Shown: positions 59,497 to 61,595 of the stretch, piece after piece
Layout: each line of letters starts with the position of its first letter
Numbering within the stretch: the first letter of the stretch is position 1
Assembly: GCA_030637025.1 (NCBI GenBank)
Contig: DAOVVV010000012.1
Span: 1 to 61,595, forward strand
DNA: 61,595 nucleotides
Direction: 5' to 3'
Source: Clostridia bacterium
Lineage (GTDB): Bacteria > CBDUZB01 > JAGLHV01
The notes under the pieces: model-generated
The model's input: only the letters and a program-made list of their open reading frames with translations
The model's database searches: none
Told to the model about the DNA's origin: nothing
Program-made: the position numbers and the translations under genes

Positions 59497-61014
59497 ATGT
59501 TGCTAAGAATGGCTTCCCAAACGGATGTAGGAAAGAAACGTTCTTTAAATGAAGATAAAATGGGAAAATATGTGCAAGAAAACCTTTATCTTGTTTGTGA
59601 TGGAATGGGTGGGCAATCGGCAGGTGATATAGCCAGTGCTGTAGCGGTAGAAACAATTATAAATTATATAAAACTCATTAAAAACGGAAATTTTTTGTCT
59701 TTACGGCCGGAATTAAAAAAATCTGCTCTTTCACTTAAAGCATGTAATTTAGTTGAAGCAATTCGTCTTGCTAATCGTAGAATATTTAGACTAGCTGTTA
59801 AATATCCTTATTTACGGGGTATGGGGACTACTGTTGTTGCAGTGGTTTTAGATGGAAACGATATTTGTGTTGCGCATGTGGGTGATAGTAGAGTTTATCG
59901 AATGAGAAAAGGGAAAATAAAAAGATTAACTCAAGATCATTCATGGGTTAATGAATTACTTCAGGATAAAGAAATAAATGAAGAAGAAGCCAGAAGTTTT
60001 AGACAAAAAAATGTAATTACACGTGCTTTGGGGACAAAAGGAATGGTTAAGGTGGATATCAGGATAGAACCTGTTTTTAGTGATGATTTGTTTATTCTTT
60101 GTTCTGATGGGCTTACGGCAGTAGTAGAAGATGAAGAAATTTGTAGTGCTGTCATGAACGCTAAAGGCGATATAAATTTAGCCTGCGAAAATCTTATTAA
60201 TTTGGCTAATGAAAAAGGAGGGCCTGATAATATTTCTGTTGAGATTTTATTGATAAAAAATGATAATAAAAAGGGGATAATTGATCGAAAGAATAATCCT
60301 CTTGAATCTATAATTACTATATCCGAAGAGGAAAATACTGTTTTGCAGCTGGAAGATGAATTATTAGCAAAGATGTATAGTGAATCGGATGATGAAAAAA
60401 TAGGTATATTAGTGAGTAATAAAAAAGTTTGGCAAAATCCTTTATTTTTTAGCGGAATGGTTTTATTTTCTAGTATGTTAATGGTGTTTTTGGTTTTAAT
60501 ATATAAAGGTTCAGGAAAGAAAGAGGAAGTAGAAAAAGTTTCATTTACTACTGAAGAAGAAGTTATTTCCGGCAAAGTAAAGATTGAAACCGTTCCTCCA
60601 GGAGCAATAGTGTTTGTTGATGGGCGTAAATCGATAAAAAGAACCCCTGCAGAATTAACTTTACCGGAAAGAAAAGAAAGACCTTATAAAATAGGTTTAA
60701 AAAGAATTGACTATAAAGAAAGAGTTGTCAGTGTATTTGTTGTGGCTAATGATGAAATTAAAATTTGTGAGACTTTAGTTCCTCAGGCGCAAATTAATTT
60801 TGTTTTAGGTTTTGAAAAAGAATTACCTCAGGGTTCAAAGATATATATAGATGATCAACGGGTAGACCTGGATATTAATCAGTTGTGTGTGATTCAAACA
60901 AAGGATTTGGCTGTAGGAATGCATTCGATTAAAATCAAAAAAGGAAATGAGGTTTTGTGGCGAGAATCATTTTCTCTTGCTCTGGATGAAGTTAAAAGTA
61001 TTGTTATTGAATAA
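59497..61014 (+). CDS. Stp1/PP2C-type Ser/Thr phosphatase with TM and PEGA domain
   Basis: TDVGKKRSLNED, CDGMGG, MGTT, HVGDSR, CSDGL, GGPDNIS; ETVPPGAIVFVDG PEGA domain. Confidence 0.92.
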   Translation: MLLRMASQTDVGKKRSLNEDKMGKYVQENLYLVCDGMGGQSAGDIASAVAVETIINYIKLIKNGNFLSLRPELKKSALSLKACNLVEAIRLANRRIFRLAVKYPYLRGMGTTVVAVVLDGNDICVAHVGDSRVYRMRKGKIKRLTQDHSWVNELLQDKEINEEEARSFRQKNVITRALGTKGMVKVDIRIEPVFSDDLFILCSDGLTAVVEDEEICSAVMNAKGDINLACENLINLANEKGGPDNISVEILLIKNDNKKGIIDRKNNPLESIITISEEENTVLQLEDELLAKMYSESDDEKIGILVSNKKVWQNPLFFSGMVLFSSMLMVFLVLIYKGSGKKEEVEKVSFTTEEEVISGKVKIETVPPGAIVFVDGRKSIKRTPAELTLPERKERPYKIGLKRIDYKERVVSVFVVANDEIKICETLVPQAQINFVLGFEKELPQGSKIYIDDQRVDLDINQLCVIQTKDLAVGMHSIKIKKGNEVLWRESFSLALDEVKSIVIE

Positions 61015-61086
61015 TAAGAGGCTATATTTGGTTTGAATTTTAAATAAATTGTAAGAGGGGTATAAAAAGTATTGGGGGGAGATATT

Positions 61087-61595
61087 ATGGGTAAGTGTAT
61101 ATTATGTAATAAAAAGGCAGATAAAATTATTGTATGTCAGGTCCTTAATGATAATATTTGCTTTGAATGTTGTTTTGCTATTTCCTCTGGTAGAGAAGGA
61201 GTCATTGATGAAGTCAGAGATAAATATAACCTTGATCGAGATGTTATCCTTTCTGGGTGTGATCGATGTATTTCCGGTAAGTCGATGCCGGGACCCCAGG
61301 AAGAAGGTGAAGGTGATAGGAAAATAGAACAGGTCTTTGAATTACAATCGGAAGGTAAAATATCAAAAGGGGGAGAGAAAGAAAAGGAAAAAGATAGTAA
61401 AAAAAGTAATCTTTTTGAAGGACTCAAGAAAGAAGCAAAGGAACGAAAAGAAATAAAGAATAAGCCCTCTGATAATAAGAAAGAAGAGGAAATGCGTAAG
61501 AAGGAAGAGGAAGAAAGAAAAGCCGCAGAGAAGAAAGAAGAGGAAATGCGTAAGAAGGAAGAGGAAGAAAGAAAAGCCGCAGAGAAGAAAGAAGA
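61087..61595 (+). CDS. Partial ORF: Cys-rich N-terminus followed by E/K-rich repeats (runs off window)
   Basis: GGGGGAG RBS; MGKCILC...CFECC...CDRC; open to the window end; not in the ORF track because it has no stop. Confidence 0.75.
   Translation, partial: MGKCILCNKKADKIIVCQVLNDNICFECCFAISSGREGVIDEVRDKYNLDRDVILSGCDRCISGKSMPGPQEEGEGDRKIEQVFELQSEGKISKGGEKEKEKDSKKSNLFEGLKKEAKERKEIKNKPSDNKKEEEMRKKEEEERKAAEKKEEEMRKKEEEERKAAEKKE
61477..61595 (+). repeat. Perfect 54-bp tandem repeat (KKEEEMRKKEEEERKAAE)
   Basis: Identical units at 61477-61530 and 61531-61584, plus a partial third. Confidence 0.9.

Overview
An AT-rich bacterial chromosome segment from a diderm (outer-membrane) organism. It encodes a TonB-dependent receptor, a PorV-like barrel and several secreted proteins with FlgD-Ig-like C-terminal domains. 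That style suggests Elusimicrobiota or a related candidate phylum, but this is inference only. Most of the window is mixed housekeeping and accessory genes: a diguanylate cyclase, cvfB, an HDAC-family deacetylase, lhgO-like, msrAB, ABC-F, arsC-like, a radical SAM protein, a cyclophilin, metF, def, a polysaccharide cluster and an FHA/PP2C module. Several genes carry nonsense or frameshift lesions, and there are small non-autonomous repeats. Two features stand out. (1) A ~13 kb surface-structure locus (35.3-48.1 kb) of two convergent operons, each headed by its own c-di-GMP-I riboswitch. One encodes an atypical chaperone/usher-like pilus, with the usher-like gene out of frame in a T10 tract of its signal peptide. 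The other encodes two FlgD-CTD secreted proteins, a PorV-like barrel and an SLH/coiled-coil protein. (2) A ~200-nt, highly structured and apparently bistable non-coding RNA with a tRNA T-arm mimic, upstream of a slipin/SPFH gene. No rRNA, canonical tRNA, CRISPR array or transposase was seen.
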